64,000 nucleotides of DNA, from IMG/VR virus record IMGVR_UViG_637000272_000004, positions 21,538-85,537 of that record. One strand, given 5' to 3'. This document shows positions 1 through 10,996 of this stretch, piece by piece. The stretch's first letter is position 1, and each line of letters opens with the position of its first letter. The DNA comes from a virus (taxonomy: Duplodnaviria; Caudoviricetes). The position numbers and the translations under genes are program-made. The notes below the pieces were generated by a model, which worked only from the letters and a program-made list of their open reading frames with translations, searched no databases and was not told where the DNA came from.

Positions 1-1351
1 CATTTAATGCTTTATTCACATCAATTTCACCATGTCCATATCTACTAAATGGTTTATTATTCTTAGATGTCCCATGCTGATATAACAATTCAATCGCTTT
101 ATCTGGATGTTTTTCAAGATGATATTTATCAATGATTAAAGCTAGCACTCCCGAAACTTTAGGTGTGGCTAATGAAGTTCCAGCTTGATAAATATATCTT
201 CCGTTATTGGCAGTAGTTAAAATGTTCTCCTTATGCATATACCCTTCATTCATCCATTTATCCACACCAAATTGATTTAAGTAAGCAAATGATCCTCCGG
301 GCGCAACAATATCTGTATAATTCATACCAAAGTTGGAAAACTCAGATAGATTACTATTTTGATCTGTTGATCCTACTGTAACGACATTGTCCATAGATGC
401 AGGAACATCTTTCACTTCGCCATTACCTTGATATTCACGCTGTAAATTTATTTTCTGTTTGTCATTGACATCAATACCATCATTACCAGCTGCAGCAACA
501 ACGATAGATTTTTTCTTCTTGGCGTAATTAATTGCTTTCTGTAACGCATCGTATTCTACTTTTTCATCTTTTCTAAAAGTTTGATGGTCATTTTTGTCCA
601 AAACAGTATAACTACCAACACTAATATTGATGACTTGATTTCCATCATTTGCAGCTTGAACAATCGCTTTTGATACCCAAAGCAGTTCTGTTTTTTTACT
701 ACCAAACACGCGATACATTGTAAATTTATTATTCGGTGCAACACCTATTAATCTACCATTAGCACTCGTTTGACCCGACACCATCGTGCCATGTCCTTTT
801 CTATCATTGACATCGCGAACATCACCTGTTTCTTCCGGTTCAGTCCCTCTAAAGCCGTTTAAAGGTACTAAATTTTTAGAATCAGTCGAGAAATTATTTT
901 TCAAATCGTCATGGGTTTGCATCACACCTGTATCTATGATTGCTATTTTGGTGTTTGCATGTTTTGGCAAATCATCATACGATGCTCCATTTTTTGTTAT
1001 TTTATTCATATCCCATTGTCTTGAAAATAATGACTCATTTGATGTTCTGTCTATTGTTTTCTCGCTAGTAATACAAGTTGAACATGTGGCATTGATATAT
1101 TTAATATCATTTTTATAGTTTGCTAATGCATTAGCATGCGTTTTCGTCATTTTAATCTGTGCCACATGTAATTCCGGTATATTATAGACAACGTTTAAGG
1201 CATTCTTTTTAACTAACTTGTTAAATGTTGCTGTATTTTTGTATTCAACACTGTAATATTGTTCTTCCGACGCTGATGCAGTACTCATTGTAAAAGAAAT
1301 TAAAAGACTCAATATTATTAAATTATTAAGCACGCGCTTTATGGTTTTCAT
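1..1351 (-). CDS. bsaP: Lantibiotic leader peptidase, S8 subtilase (EpiP-like); 3' end outside the window
   Basis: Hand translation from ATG at 1351 (MKTIKRVLNNLIILSLL...) shows the subtilase motifs IIDTG, GHGT, AAAGN and GTSLATP; spot checks stayed in one frame to the window edge. Confidence 0.93.
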   Translation of the reverse strand, partial: MKTIKRVLNNLIILSLLISFTMSTASASEEQYYSVEYKNTATFNKLVKKNALNVVYNIPELHVAQIKMTKTHANALANYKNDIKYINATCSTCITSEKTIDRTSNESLFSRQWDMNKITKNGASYDDLPKHANTKIAIIDTGVMQTHDDLKNNFSTDSKNLVPLNGFRGTEPEETGDVRDVNDRKGHGTMVSGQTSANGRLIGVAPNNKFTMYRVFGSKKTELLWVSKAIVQAANDGNQVINISVGSYTVLDKNDHQTFRKDEKVEYDALQKAINYAKKKKSIVVAAAGNDGIDVNDKQKINLQREYQGNGEVKDVPASMDNVVTVGSTDQNSNLSEFSNFGMNYTDIVAPGGSFAYLNQFGVDKWMNEGYMHKENILTTANNGRYIYQAGTSLATPKVSGVLALIIDKYHLEKHPDKAIELLYQHGTSKNNKPFSRYGHGEIDVNKALN

Positions 1352-1360
1352 CTTCTTATC

Positions 1361-1879
1361 TCAAATGAATTCCAGAACTTTATATGGTTCTGGTGCGACA
1401 ACATTCTTTTTAAATGTTTTTGACGCTAATTCATAACTTTCTGAAATATTTACTGGATATATTGATACACCATAATCTTTTAATAATCGAATATTATTTT
1501 GAGTAACTGGATTTTCCCACATGCGTAAATTCATATTTGGAAATATTGAGAGTTTTTCAAAAGCTGTATGACAAATAGTTAGTAATAAATTGTCACATAT
1601 ACCATTTGCTATTTTATTAATTGTATTAGATGTCGCAGGTAAAATAATAATCTTGTCATGTTTATTTGCTATATCAACATGATTTAAAAAAGGATTGTCA
1701 AATTCGTCATAATAGTTATCACAAAATTGTTTTAATATTTCACCGTTAATAAACTTTCTACCATTCGTTGATGCAATTACATTTACTTCATCAAATTTTG
1801 ATTTCAATTCAATAATATAATGGCTAATGTTGATACTATTTACTGAGCCACACAAACAAATCAATACATTTTTTCCCAT
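1361..1879 (-). CDS. bsaD: Flavin-dependent peptidyl-cysteine decarboxylase (EpiD-like), 172 aa
   Basis: HFCD motifs CGSVNS, PATSNTINKIANGICDN, PNMN; GGAGG RBS before ATG at 1879. Confidence 0.95.
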   Translation of the reverse strand: MGKNVLICLCGSVNSINISHYIIELKSKFDEVNVIASTNGRKFINGEILKQFCDNYYDEFDNPFLNHVDIANKHDKIIILPATSNTINKIANGICDNLLLTICHTAFEKLSIFPNMNLRMWENPVTQNNIRLLKDYGVSIYPVNISESYELASKTFKKNVVAPEPYKVLEFI

Positions 1880-1894
1880 AATATACGCCTCCAT

Positions 1895-3139
1895 TCAGCT
1901 GATTAAAAACGCATTTGTCCAATTTTTTTCATTGAGAATATTTGTATTTTGCAATGTTATCAATGTTAAATAGACTCCTAGTTCTCCTTCTAAAAGACCT
2001 ACTTTCTGACTTTTAAATACGCCTTCTTGATTCTCATTAATGTCTATAAAATTCACTAGATGATTTTCCTTATAATGAGAAATCAGTTTATTTATTAATT
2101 CATTTATATAATCAGAAACTACATTTGATTCAAAATGCAAATTCATGGTCGTTAACATTAATATTTGTGAAGATAATCCATGACAAATAGTAGGACTTAT
2201 TAGATTTTTCTCCTTATCATTTACAACTTGTAACATCACTTTTTTAGACGCTTGAATAATTTCATCATCTTGTAATGCTTGGCCGATTAAAAATAACGTC
2301 GTCATCACACCCGTATTACCATAACACCACCCATTCCGAATATAATTGAAATGATTACGTTCAGAAATCAAATCGTAACGCTGCAACCATCGATCATTGC
2401 AACAAAATTTTTCATCCACAATAAATTTGTACATGTCTTTTAATATGTGCTGATGATTTTCAATCGTAATTCCTTTAATCACGCATAATGCAAATAAAGA
2501 CATCGGTCCTAGCACTCCATGTGCAAGGCCAAGATTGATATTACCTTCAGTAAAATAATTTTTATCAGACTCTAAAAATTGACTTTCTTGTGGGACTACC
2601 CAGCTATTTTGAGAATATTGAATGTCTTTAAAGTATGTTAATATTCTTTTTAACGCTTTAACATTTGTGGCGTTTGCGTCTACCCGATTTAATAAATATC
2701 GCCCTATCCCCGCTAAACCACTGATAGTATCATAATTTAATGGATTTAATGGTTCTTGTAATATTTGATCCATTTTATTTTCTATTTCATTCACAATGAC
2801 TTCATCAATATTATTTAATATATTTTGATAATTCCTGCCATTTTGTGATGCTATATCCATTGAAAATGCAATTCCTGAAAGTCCACCAAATAGAGAATGA
2901 TTATATTGATGTTTTTGTAAGTATGGTGCTAATTTCATGATATACTTATGCACGATTTGTTCAGTATTTGTGTTGTATGCTTTTTGATAGGCATCTAAAA
3001 ATAATATTAAACCTGGAATGCCATATGATAATGTTACTGGTTCAAAGTAATCTGTTTCAGTTGATGCTTTTGAAATAAAATCATCTACTTCTGAAATCTC
3101 TTGAAACTTTTTCTTCAAAATTAGATTCAAATCAGTCAT
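1895..3139 (-). CDS. bsaC: Lanthionine cyclase (LanC/EpiC-like), 414 aa
   Basis: GLAHG, GWCYG and CHG zinc-ligand motifs. Confidence 0.95.
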   Translation of the reverse strand: MTDLNLILKKKFQEISEVDDFISKASTETDYFEPVTLSYGIPGLILFLDAYQKAYNTNTEQIVHKYIMKLAPYLQKHQYNHSLFGGLSGIAFSMDIASQNGRNYQNILNNIDEVIVNEIENKMDQILQEPLNPLNYDTISGLAGIGRYLLNRVDANATNVKALKRILTYFKDIQYSQNSWVVPQESQFLESDKNYFTEGNINLGLAHGVLGPMSLFALCVIKGITIENHQHILKDMYKFIVDEKFCCNDRWLQRYDLISERNHFNYIRNGWCYGNTGVMTTLFLIGQALQDDEIIQASKKVMLQVVNDKEKNLISPTICHGLSSQILMLTTMNLHFESNVVSDYINELINKLISHYKENHLVNFIDINENQEGVFKSQKVGLLEGELGVYLTLITLQNTNILNEKNWTNAFLIS

Positions 3140-6125
3140 TTTTATCACCACACCAATACTTTTGAGTTTTAACAATTTCTTTTACAATAGATAAAACAAA
3201 TCTTTCTTGGTCCTTATCAACGCCAAATATTCGATTGCAACGCATATGAATTAAACTGCCAATAATCCTTGACCTTTTCGTAGCTAAAGGTTGTTTAAGA
3301 CCTTTATTTAATTTGCTCAAAATTTGGTCATCATCTTTTAAAATTCGATAAATATCACTATAGTGTTTAGCGATGTTTTCGAAATTATTTTCAGGATTAC
3401 ATATAGTTACGAGTTCATTTTTAAAAGGTCTAATCTCTTTGCTTTTATATGAGGTAGGTACATAGTTATTAACAATTTCCATACGCTCTTCATTAGAAAT
3501 TGACAACATTTCAAATAAATACATTATTGAAATAGCAACAATAAATGGTCGCTCAAACTTAAAATCATTGTCAATAATATTGACAGCTAAATTCGAGTCA
3601 TATTCAAAAAAAGATTCTATTTCATCAATCGTGTTCTTACCGCCATATCTAAAAAATTCTGGCTCATATGATACAATTTCAAAATCTGAAACCTCTGTCG
3701 TTTGACGAATAAATGATAACCAATCTTTCAAGATACTGTATATTACATTATAATTTTCGTCATTCCTGTATAACCTCAACTTTAAAATGTCACCTTGTTT
3801 GATATAGCGCATTAAAAAATATTGATCTATATCTCCCTTATCTTTAAGATGTTTTACAAATGGATACAAATTGTCGATGATAAATGTATCTTGCGATGGC
3901 TTATCGATATGAATATGTAATGCAAACCAGCCTTTGTCATATTCAATATCTGTATTTTTATATTTTGGAATTTCGATTTCGGGTCCTCGATAAGATGATT
4001 TTTTATAAATTGGTGTAACAATTTCATACACATGATCATTCTTTGATTGAGGTAAAAATGATTCTACTAAACGTACACGTTTATGCTTCTTATATTCTTT
4101 CATCAATAAATATCTATGATTAGCTAATGATAAATTTAGTAGAAGCTTGTTATCTCCATAAACTAAATTCACGATGTTAGGTATATTGAATTGTTCTTGA
4201 TATTTCAAAAATTGTTGATCCCATTCTTCATTTTTAGGTAAAGGTAATAACATCTCGTTAATTTTCCAATATGCTGGTTTAAGAATGACATTTTTATATC
4301 TGATTCGTGGTGAATAACTAAATGAATCAATACTCACATCATTCATAGGTTCAATGCATTTCACAGATTCCATTGAAATTTCTCGTAACAATCGATATAA
4401 ATTACTTTCTTTTAAAAAGTTATACATATTGTTTGATTCAAATAGTACCCTTTTATTTAGTTGGCTAGAATATAAATATAATTTGTTAAAGGTAGCACCA
4501 ACATAAATATCATCTAAGGTAAGCTCATACTTTGAATCACTATTACTACTTCCTAAATTCAATGAATATTCGTATGAGTCATGATTAGTTAATACATTAT
4601 GATTTCTCGGATATTTCGGTATGTTATTTATAGAAACAAATTCTACATTGTCATCATGCATCGACTTTTGATAATAATGTGCTTTTTCATGTTCTAATTT
4701 TGCTAAAGTTTCAGTATCAATTAAATGATGAAAGCGCCCAAATGTAGCTCCTGCATTTAACGAAACTGTTATAGGACTAATAACAATGAGTTCATTATGC
4801 TGATTGTAAAAACGTCCTAAATAAATTTCAGCATAAACATCTGCACTCATTGGCGCATGATAATGATTGATTTCATTATCGTTAATCAATGTCTCTACAT
4901 CTTTTTCATTTATGACTATCTCATCGTTATTTCTCAAGGCATGTAAAAATTTTTGCTTAAGCATTACAATATTATTTTCGTCGCCTTTAACTTCATTATA
5001 AATCGATGTTCCAAATCCTGTGATATCCGAAAGTAAATCTTTAACATTAACAAGTTGTTCAAATCCATACTTTTCAATAAAACGGTTGTGAAGAACTTTC
5101 AAATCTGTGAATCCAATATTATTTCTTGATAAAAGCCACAATAAGTACGCTGCTTCAGATATATTTGTTGCTATATCTTGGTGTAATTGATTGTTAATCA
5201 TGTCAATTTTGGTATCAATTTGAAGATAATTTTTACATTTGAATAGTGCCTTCATATGCTGAATAATGTCTTTATATAATTTCTCACCAAATCCAATTTC
5301 TGTTTTTTCATAAGCTAATATCAATTTCTGGATTTCTCTAATTTTTTTCACAAAATTATCATTATGTAAAGAAAGTTTAGTTAAAATATAATTTAAATTA
5401 TCATTATTTGATAACGGTGGTCTGATTGTTGAATATATAATTTCCTTCGAGACAAGATTATGAATATATGCTTTTACTTTAGAAATATCATGAATTTCAA
5501 ATTCTTGATTTATCTTTTCAGCTAAATTTGAAAAAGTAATATTATTATTCGTCACAGTGATTTTGATAAATACGAGTAATTCACTATTTTTAATGGAAAA
5601 AGATGTGTCTTTATTGTTATTCAAATAAATAGCACTTTGTTCATTTAAATATATTCGATCATTGATAATATGTGCTTTACTATTCCAAATAACTTTCACA
5701 TTTTGATAATATTCATCAATACTCTCAATATAACTAATCAGTTTATACAACCATTCGCCATCGACTTTCACATATTTTTGAATACTATTTCCAACTTTAA
5801 GACGTGTTGGTTCATTTACAAAATGCCCCAAATTAATACCACTTAATAATCCAAATGGCGTTGGACGTGTTGACATTCTAATTAAATATTTTAATAAACT
5901 TTCTTTAGCATCTCTAACCTTCTTGTTATCGCCATCAAAATTTATTTCTTGTAAAGTACGATATAAGTTAAATGTTGTTGTTAGGATTGATTCTTTCATC
6001 TGAGCATTTAATTGTAAGTCGCTATATTTAATTTGTTCAGTATTAAAAAATAAATTGAAAAATTCAACTGATAATAAAGGTGTTCTAATCATACAAATAC
6101 TTGACGGTTCGTAAATTGTGTTCAT
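3132..6125 (-). CDS. bsaB: Lantibiotic dehydratase (LanB/EpiB-like), ~997 aa
   Basis: RMSTRPTPFGL motif, C-terminal YEPEFFRYGG and HMRCNRIFG elimination domain. Confidence 0.95.
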   Translation of the reverse strand: MNTIYEPSSICMIRTPLLSVEFFNLFFNTEQIKYSDLQLNAQMKESILTTTFNLYRTLQEINFDGDNKKVRDAKESLLKYLIRMSTRPTPFGLLSGINLGHFVNEPTRLKVGNSIQKYVKVDGEWLYKLISYIESIDEYYQNVKVIWNSKAHIINDRIYLNEQSAIYLNNNKDTSFSIKNSELLVFIKITVTNNNITFSNLAEKINQEFEIHDISKVKAYIHNLVSKEIIYSTIRPPLSNNDNLNYILTKLSLHNDNFVKKIREIQKLILAYEKTEIGFGEKLYKDIIQHMKALFKCKNYLQIDTKIDMINNQLHQDIATNISEAAYLLWLLSRNNIGFTDLKVLHNRFIEKYGFEQLVNVKDLLSDITGFGTSIYNEVKGDENNIVMLKQKFLHALRNNDEIVINEKDVETLINDNEINHYHAPMSADVYAEIYLGRFYNQHNELIVISPITVSLNAGATFGRFHHLIDTETLAKLEHEKAHYYQKSMHDDNVEFVSINNIPKYPRNHNVLTNHDSYEYSLNLGSSNSDSKYELTLDDIYVGATFNKLYLYSSQLNKRVLFESNNMYNFLKESNLYRLLREISMESVKCIEPMNDVSIDSFSYSPRIRYKNVILKPAYWKINEMLLPLPKNEEWDQQFLKYQEQFNIPNIVNLVYGDNKLLLNLSLANHRYLLMKEYKKHKRVRLVESFLPQSKNDHVYEIVTPIYKKSSYRGPEIEIPKYKNTDIEYDKGWFALHIHIDKPSQDTFIIDNLYPFVKHLKDKGDIDQYFLMRYIKQGDILKLRLYRNDENYNVIYSILKDWLSFIRQTTEVSDFEIVSYEPEFFRYGGKNTIDEIESFFEYDSNLAVNIIDNDFKFERPFIVAISIMYLFEMLSISNEERMEIVNNYVPTSYKSKEIRPFKNELVTICNPENNFENIAKHYSDIYRILKDDDQILSKLNKGLKQPLATKRSRIIGSLIHMRCNRIFGVDKDQERFVLSIVKEIVKTQKYWCGDKND

Positions 6126-6153
6126 TTGTAAGCACCTCACATATTTGAATAGA

Positions 6154-6181
6154 CAAATAGAGCCCTTTCAGGCTCTATTTG
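6154..6181 (-). terminator. Hairpin between the precursor gene and bsaB (probable attenuator)
   Basis: CAAATAGAGCC-N6-GGCTCTATTTG; a near-identical copy lies at 7031-7058. Confidence 0.75.
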
Positions 6182-6189
6182 CTATAGTC

Positions 6190-6333
6190 TTAACAGCAGA
6201 AGCTATTAAAACTACCAGTCTTACCACAACCAGGAGTACAACCAATGAAACTAGTAATACGTTCGTCACCCGCTGAATCAGAAGTGTCGTTTTTCGCTTT
6301 TACTTGTACGTCTAAATCAAGAACATTTTCCAT
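6190..6333 (-). CDS. bsaA2: Lantibiotic precursor MENVLDLDVQVKAKNDTSDSAGDER-ITSFIGCTPGCGKTGSFNSFCC (not in ORF track)
   Basis: Hand translation; LDLD leader box, epidermin-type SFNSFCC terminus, AGGAGG RBS. Confidence 0.93.
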   Translation of the reverse strand: MENVLDLDVQVKAKNDTSDSAGDERITSFIGCTPGCGKTGSFNSFCC

Positions 6334-7066
6334 AGATAATACCTCCTATTAAAAGTTGAAGTTAAGGCCCACTTCAATTGTCATATTATCTCTTTTAACA
6401 CAACAAATCAATAAATTATATAATTATATTTTGTGAATTTTTTGTAAACACTTATTAATTTGGTAATACTATTTTGACATTTAGATTTTTGTTTTTTTAT
6501 TACTATTTATTTTCACTAATTATTTTACATCTAAGTTCATGTTTTTAAATTTATTGGTGAATTTTTTAATAGATGAATCAATTCATTTATACAAATAATT
6601 AGATATTTTTATCTATCAATACTATTAGGAATTTGGAGATGGCTGCTTGAGATTAATTAATAGATATTTATGCAGTTTTGTTCTATTTATACAAAATTTA
6701 GCAAATAATAATTGAAGTTATTTTAAAGATGAGGATATAAACATATAATTTCAATGACTTGATTATTTTCTTAAATGACATGTTCTAAGAGGGTCAATAT
6801 AATAACCAAAGCTTGTCATTACTTATATGTAAAGATAGAGGCTAATTACATAATCCTAACTTATTTAACAGGAAGTCATGAAAACTATATTACAACTAAA
6901 AGTATAACTTTCCATCACCAAAGTCAGAATGCATTGAAACACTCAACTGATAATATAGAAGGCTAATTATAAAAATACCTGACGATTAGTAAACTGTTTC
7001 CCTTTTTAACACCTAATATATTTAAAAAGACAAATAGAGCCTTCTCAGGCTCTATTTGCTGTACCC

Positions 7067-7210
7067 TTAACAACAGAAGCTGTTAAAACTACCCGTCTTT
7101 CCACAACCAAAGCTACATAAAAAATGGCTAGTTATTCTTTCGTCACCCGCTGAATCATTAGTGTTGTTATTTCCTTTAACTTGCACGTCTAAATCAAGAA
7201 CTTTTTCCAT
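7067..7210 (-). CDS. bsaA1: Lantibiotic precursor MEKVLDLDVQVKGNNNTNDSAGDER-ITSHFLCSFGCGKTGSFNSFCC (not in ORF track)
   Basis: Hand translation; paralog of 6190-6333 with duplicated upstream hairpin (AAGTTGAAGT...ACTTCAATT) and downstream terminator. Confidence 0.93.
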   Translation of the reverse strand: MEKVLDLDVQVKGNNNTNDSAGDERITSHFLCSFGCGKTGSFNSFCC

Positions 7211-7449
7211 AGATACCCCCCTATTTAAAAGTTGAAGTTAAGACCCACTTCAATTGTCATATTAATCATTACCACACAATAAATTAATGAATTTAATAAT
7301 AATTATTTGTTATTAATTTGTAAATCGTCATTAATTTTATGGTACTATTGTGATTTTAAACAAATAATGTAACTTCTTTTTTTAATATGTTGTGAATATT
7401 TTTTGTTTAACTCTTAAATTTCGGGTTTAACTTCTTATATTTCTAACAG

Positions 7450-8433
7450 TTATACCCCAGGATTAGTTTCTTTAGAATCCGTACCGATTAATTTAACAGT
7501 ATGGTTTTGCCAGTCAACTTCATAAGTAGATGTAAACGTTACTGTATTTTGATTTTTGTAGTTATTACCAATCCAGTGTAGTCGATTCCATTGATTAGTA
7601 TATCTATCCATTTCTCTTTGGTAAGTTACTTTGATTTTAGATTTTTTTGTATCATTTTGTTTATGAGAAAGTACGCTTATAAATTCTGGGTTAAAGTTAC
7701 CACGTGCCAATAAAGGCATTTGATGTGTTGGCAAGAAATTTTGACCAGCATTTGAACTACTTTGTCTACCACCTAAAAACAGTTCATTACCATATGTTGG
7801 GTCATAACTATCTCTACCATATGGTCCCCAACCATTATTCATAATTTTGTGCGCCTCAACACCCCAGCCAATTGATTTATGATTTGTTTTTCTATCAATC
7901 GTAGTTCTGTAACTTTCTTGTTTATAATTTATCGTTTCTGAAAATGATTTTGATCCATTTAATCCACCTGATAAGCCATTAGATATATTAATATCTCCGC
8001 CATAAGAATAACCTAATGTTTGTTGAACTTGGAATTCTTCATTTTGATTTTTAGGTGCATAGTCAACAACATTTACAGCATCATTTGATTCTGAACTAAC
8101 CGAAACATTATACTTACCGCCCCAATAAAACTGTGAGTAATCGTAATCTCTTGGATTAGGCTTTTTATAACCTGAATTAATGTTACCAGCTGCCTTAAGT
8201 ACTAACGTATCTTTGTCATAACTTTTATCCTTAATGAAATTAAACGTTAAAATTTGAGAAATATTCAATTTATCATTATCAGATGTTGCTGTTGTTTTGT
8301 ATAAAGTGATTTTGTCATCTACTTTTTTCTCGCTTACAGGTGTGATATGTTGAGCTGCATCAACTGTATTCGATAGCAAAAGCAGTGCAATTGATGAAGC
8401 AACTGATGATTTGACTAATTTTTTCATTTTCAT
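7450..8433 (-). CDS. lukD: Leukocidin F component LukD
   Basis: [35 protein letters not shown]-terminus; 327 aa. Confidence 0.97.
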   Translation of the reverse strand: MKMKKLVKSSVASSIALLLLSNTVDAAQHITPVSEKKVDDKITLYKTTATSDNDKLNISQILTFNFIKDKSYDKDTLVLKAAGNINSGYKKPNPRDYDYSQFYWGGKYNVSVSSESNDAVNVVDYAPKNQNEEFQVQQTLGYSYGGDINISNGLSGGLNGSKSFSETINYKQESYRTTIDRKTNHKSIGWGVEAHKIMNNGWGPYGRDSYDPTYGNELFLGGRQSSSNAGQNFLPTHQMPLLARGNFNPEFISVLSHKQNDTKKSKIKVTYQREMDRYTNQWNRLHWIGNNYKNQNTVTFTSTYEVDWQNHTVKLIGTDSKETNPGV

Positions 8434-8434
8434 A

Positions 8435-9370
8435 TTAATTATGTCCTTTCACTTTAATTTCATGTGTTTTCCAGTTAACTTCATATCTAACTACAAAGTT
8501 TCTATTTACAAATGCATTATGCTTTCTTTCTGCGTAAATACCAGTTCTAGGGAATAAAGTCGCATATGTAATATCTAAGTTTCTACCATATGAAATTTCA
8601 AATTCACTCGTATCACTTGAACCTTTTTCATGTGATAGTGTAGTGATAAATGATGGATTAAAGCCACTTTGAACTAATGGTGGCAATTGATTATCAGGAG
8701 CAAAATATTCTCTTGCTGAACCTGACGGACCATTTGGACTTTGTACGAATAAATATCTATCATGCGCAGATTTTTTACCATCAGGCGTAACAAATTCGTT
8801 TGCTTTAACACCCCATTTAACAGATTTTGAGTTTTGCTTGTCTACTTCACTGACATAACTCTTTTGGGTATAACTAATTGTTTTAGAATAATTAAATGAG
8901 CCATTGCCACCTATAGATGGTGCTGACTGGAAATTACCTCCAATGTTATATCCTAATGTTTGACCAACATCTGTAGTTTCTATTTTGTTTTTAGGAAGGT
9001 AATTGATTAAGCTAACATTTGGATCTTTAGTCGTCAGTCCTATATTATATTGAAATGGCCAAATCATTCGTTTAGTTAATTCATATCCACTACCCTTCAC
9101 ATCTGAAAATGAAGTTCTGGAATTGATAAAACCTTGCATTTTAACAATTAAAGCGTCTTTGTTATATTTTTTATCTTTTACAAAGTCAAATTGAACATTT
9201 TGAGTAACGCCCCATTTCTTACTACTTACACCCTCCGTTCGTTTGATTACTTCAGCACCATCACCAATATTTTCAATATTAGTATTTGCTCTAGATTCTT
9301 GAATCGGAGATGCTAAAGGTGCTATCAATCCAACTGACAAAGTTGCAGCTAACATTTTTTTCTTAAACAT
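8435..9370 (-). CDS. lukE: Leukocidin S component LukE
   Basis: [36 protein letters not shown]; 311 aa from ATG 9370. Confidence 0.97.
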   Translation of the reverse strand: MFKKKMLAATLSVGLIAPLASPIQESRANTNIENIGDGAEVIKRTEGVSSKKWGVTQNVQFDFVKDKKYNKDALIVKMQGFINSRTSFSDVKGSGYELTKRMIWPFQYNIGLTTKDPNVSLINYLPKNKIETTDVGQTLGYNIGGNFQSAPSIGGNGSFNYSKTISYTQKSYVSEVDKQNSKSVKWGVKANEFVTPDGKKSAHDRYLFVQSPNGPSGSAREYFAPDNQLPPLVQSGFNPSFITTLSHEKGSSDTSEFEISYGRNLDITYATLFPRTGIYAERKHNAFVNRNFVVRYEVNWKTHEIKVKGHN

Positions 9371-9412
9371 AAGTTTCACTTTCTTTCTATAATAAATTTT
9401 TAATACAAATTT

Positions 9413-9457
9413 ATTATAGATTATTTCAATTATTTATAAAATTAACTGTTCATTAAA
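9413..9457 (-). promoter_or_regulatory. lukED promoter with SaeR-type box
   Basis: Minus strand TTTAA-N6-GTTAA (9457-9442) fits GTTAA-N6-GTTAA; TATAAT at 9418-9413. Confidence 0.6.
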
Positions 9458-9872
9458 AAATAAAATGCTATAAAATATTAAAAATGACACAATTTATTCA
9501 TTTATGATGCTGAAAACCGGTCATTTTGACGCAACCTTAATTACATTTAAATAGTTCCCTTTATATTCGAACAATATGATAAAATTACCGATACTCAACT
9601 TTTTCGCCATAAAAATAAAAACGAACTTTAATCAAATCTTAAAAAATAATGTTTGTATTATCACAAATAATCTATAATTGAATTTAAAATTAACTGATTA
9701 TTAACTATTGCCCGTTAAACGGAAATGATTACTTCGTAAACTGTTATAACTGAAATGTTCTATATATCATTTCGTAATATCGCTAGCTTTATCTAAAAAT
9801 TTAAATGTTATGATTTAGCCAAATTAAAAACATATATATATTTACTATGAACTAAAAGTTCACCCTAAAAAT

Positions 9873-10025
9873 AAAAAACCATGATTTCGAAGTCTTCATA
9901 AACTGAAGCTTCTACTCTCATGGCAATTTATACTATGATATTCAATTATAATGACTAGTCTCATAGTAAACGGCTACTACATTCGCATGTACTTCGTTTT
10001 ACTGTCCAGGCATGGTCGTTGACTT
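9873..10025 (-). ncRNA. sprC: ~152-nt sRNA, probably SprC
   Basis: TTGAAA-16nt-TATAAT promoter just upstream; ends in nested CCATGA...TCATGG hairpin plus U6. Size and position next to lukE fit my recollection of SprC. Confidence 0.65.
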
Positions 10026-10996
10026 ATTTATATTATAATATAAATATTTTATTTTTCAATACTTAATTTTAAAAATCCCCTATGAAAATGTTGATGAGCT
10101 CATCTTTAAATCCAATCATACCTTGTATGAAAAACATATTGTGGAATGCTAATTTAACAATGTACACTTTTGGTTGTGTATGTATGTCGCAATTCTCCCT
10201 ATCATGACTATTATTCCGTATAATTATAATATTAATTATCGACTTGTAAAGTTATATTCTTACTTGAAAAGTTATAAACATAAGTGTCAAATAATGCTAA
10301 TTATGGTAAGTTAATATTACATTTAGTAACATCAAAGTTAACAAATATAGAAGAAAATCCTCAACTTTCTAATTATGAATCAGAATATTATCTTCTTGAA
10401 AAAATTTAATTAAGACACAATTTATCAAAAGTACTAAAAGTAGAAGTCTATATGAAGAAACCACTTATCACAAATTGACGAATGGAGACATCTTAAACCA
10501 ACCCGGAACTTTGAAATTATGGACGTAGGCAAGGCTTTAGTCCAACCGTTTCATTGCATGAATTTGGAAAAACATGTCAGATAACTATTTGAAATTACCG
10601 AATATTTACATTTAAGTAAGTCATAAATTTTATAAGTATTATGATAATATATACCATTAAAACCAATTACTAATTCATTGTTGTAATTATGCAGGTAACT
10701 TTCCACAATAAGTCCAAAATAAATCTAATGGATAAAAAATAATCAAAACTTTAACTTTAATCAATATTGAACTGCAAAAATTTGGCACAAGCTAAAACAA
10801 TGAGTAAACCGACAGGGATTGCCAATGACACAGGTAAATCAGTAGAAGAAATGATGTGTAGAAGTTCACAAGTAAACTGGAAAATAGGGATTAATTAAAA
10901 TTCGTTTTAACCTTTATACATACTAAGCAAAATTACACACTTTATAAAAATAATATTAATTTTGTAAAATTCAGCTTATTTGGAGGATTAATAGCA

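Noticed and set aside
556-1118. Track ORFs 556-744 and 786-1118 suggesting a broken bsaP
   Set aside because: bsaP is missing from the track only because it runs off the edge; spot checks show a consistent frame. These ORFs are shadows.
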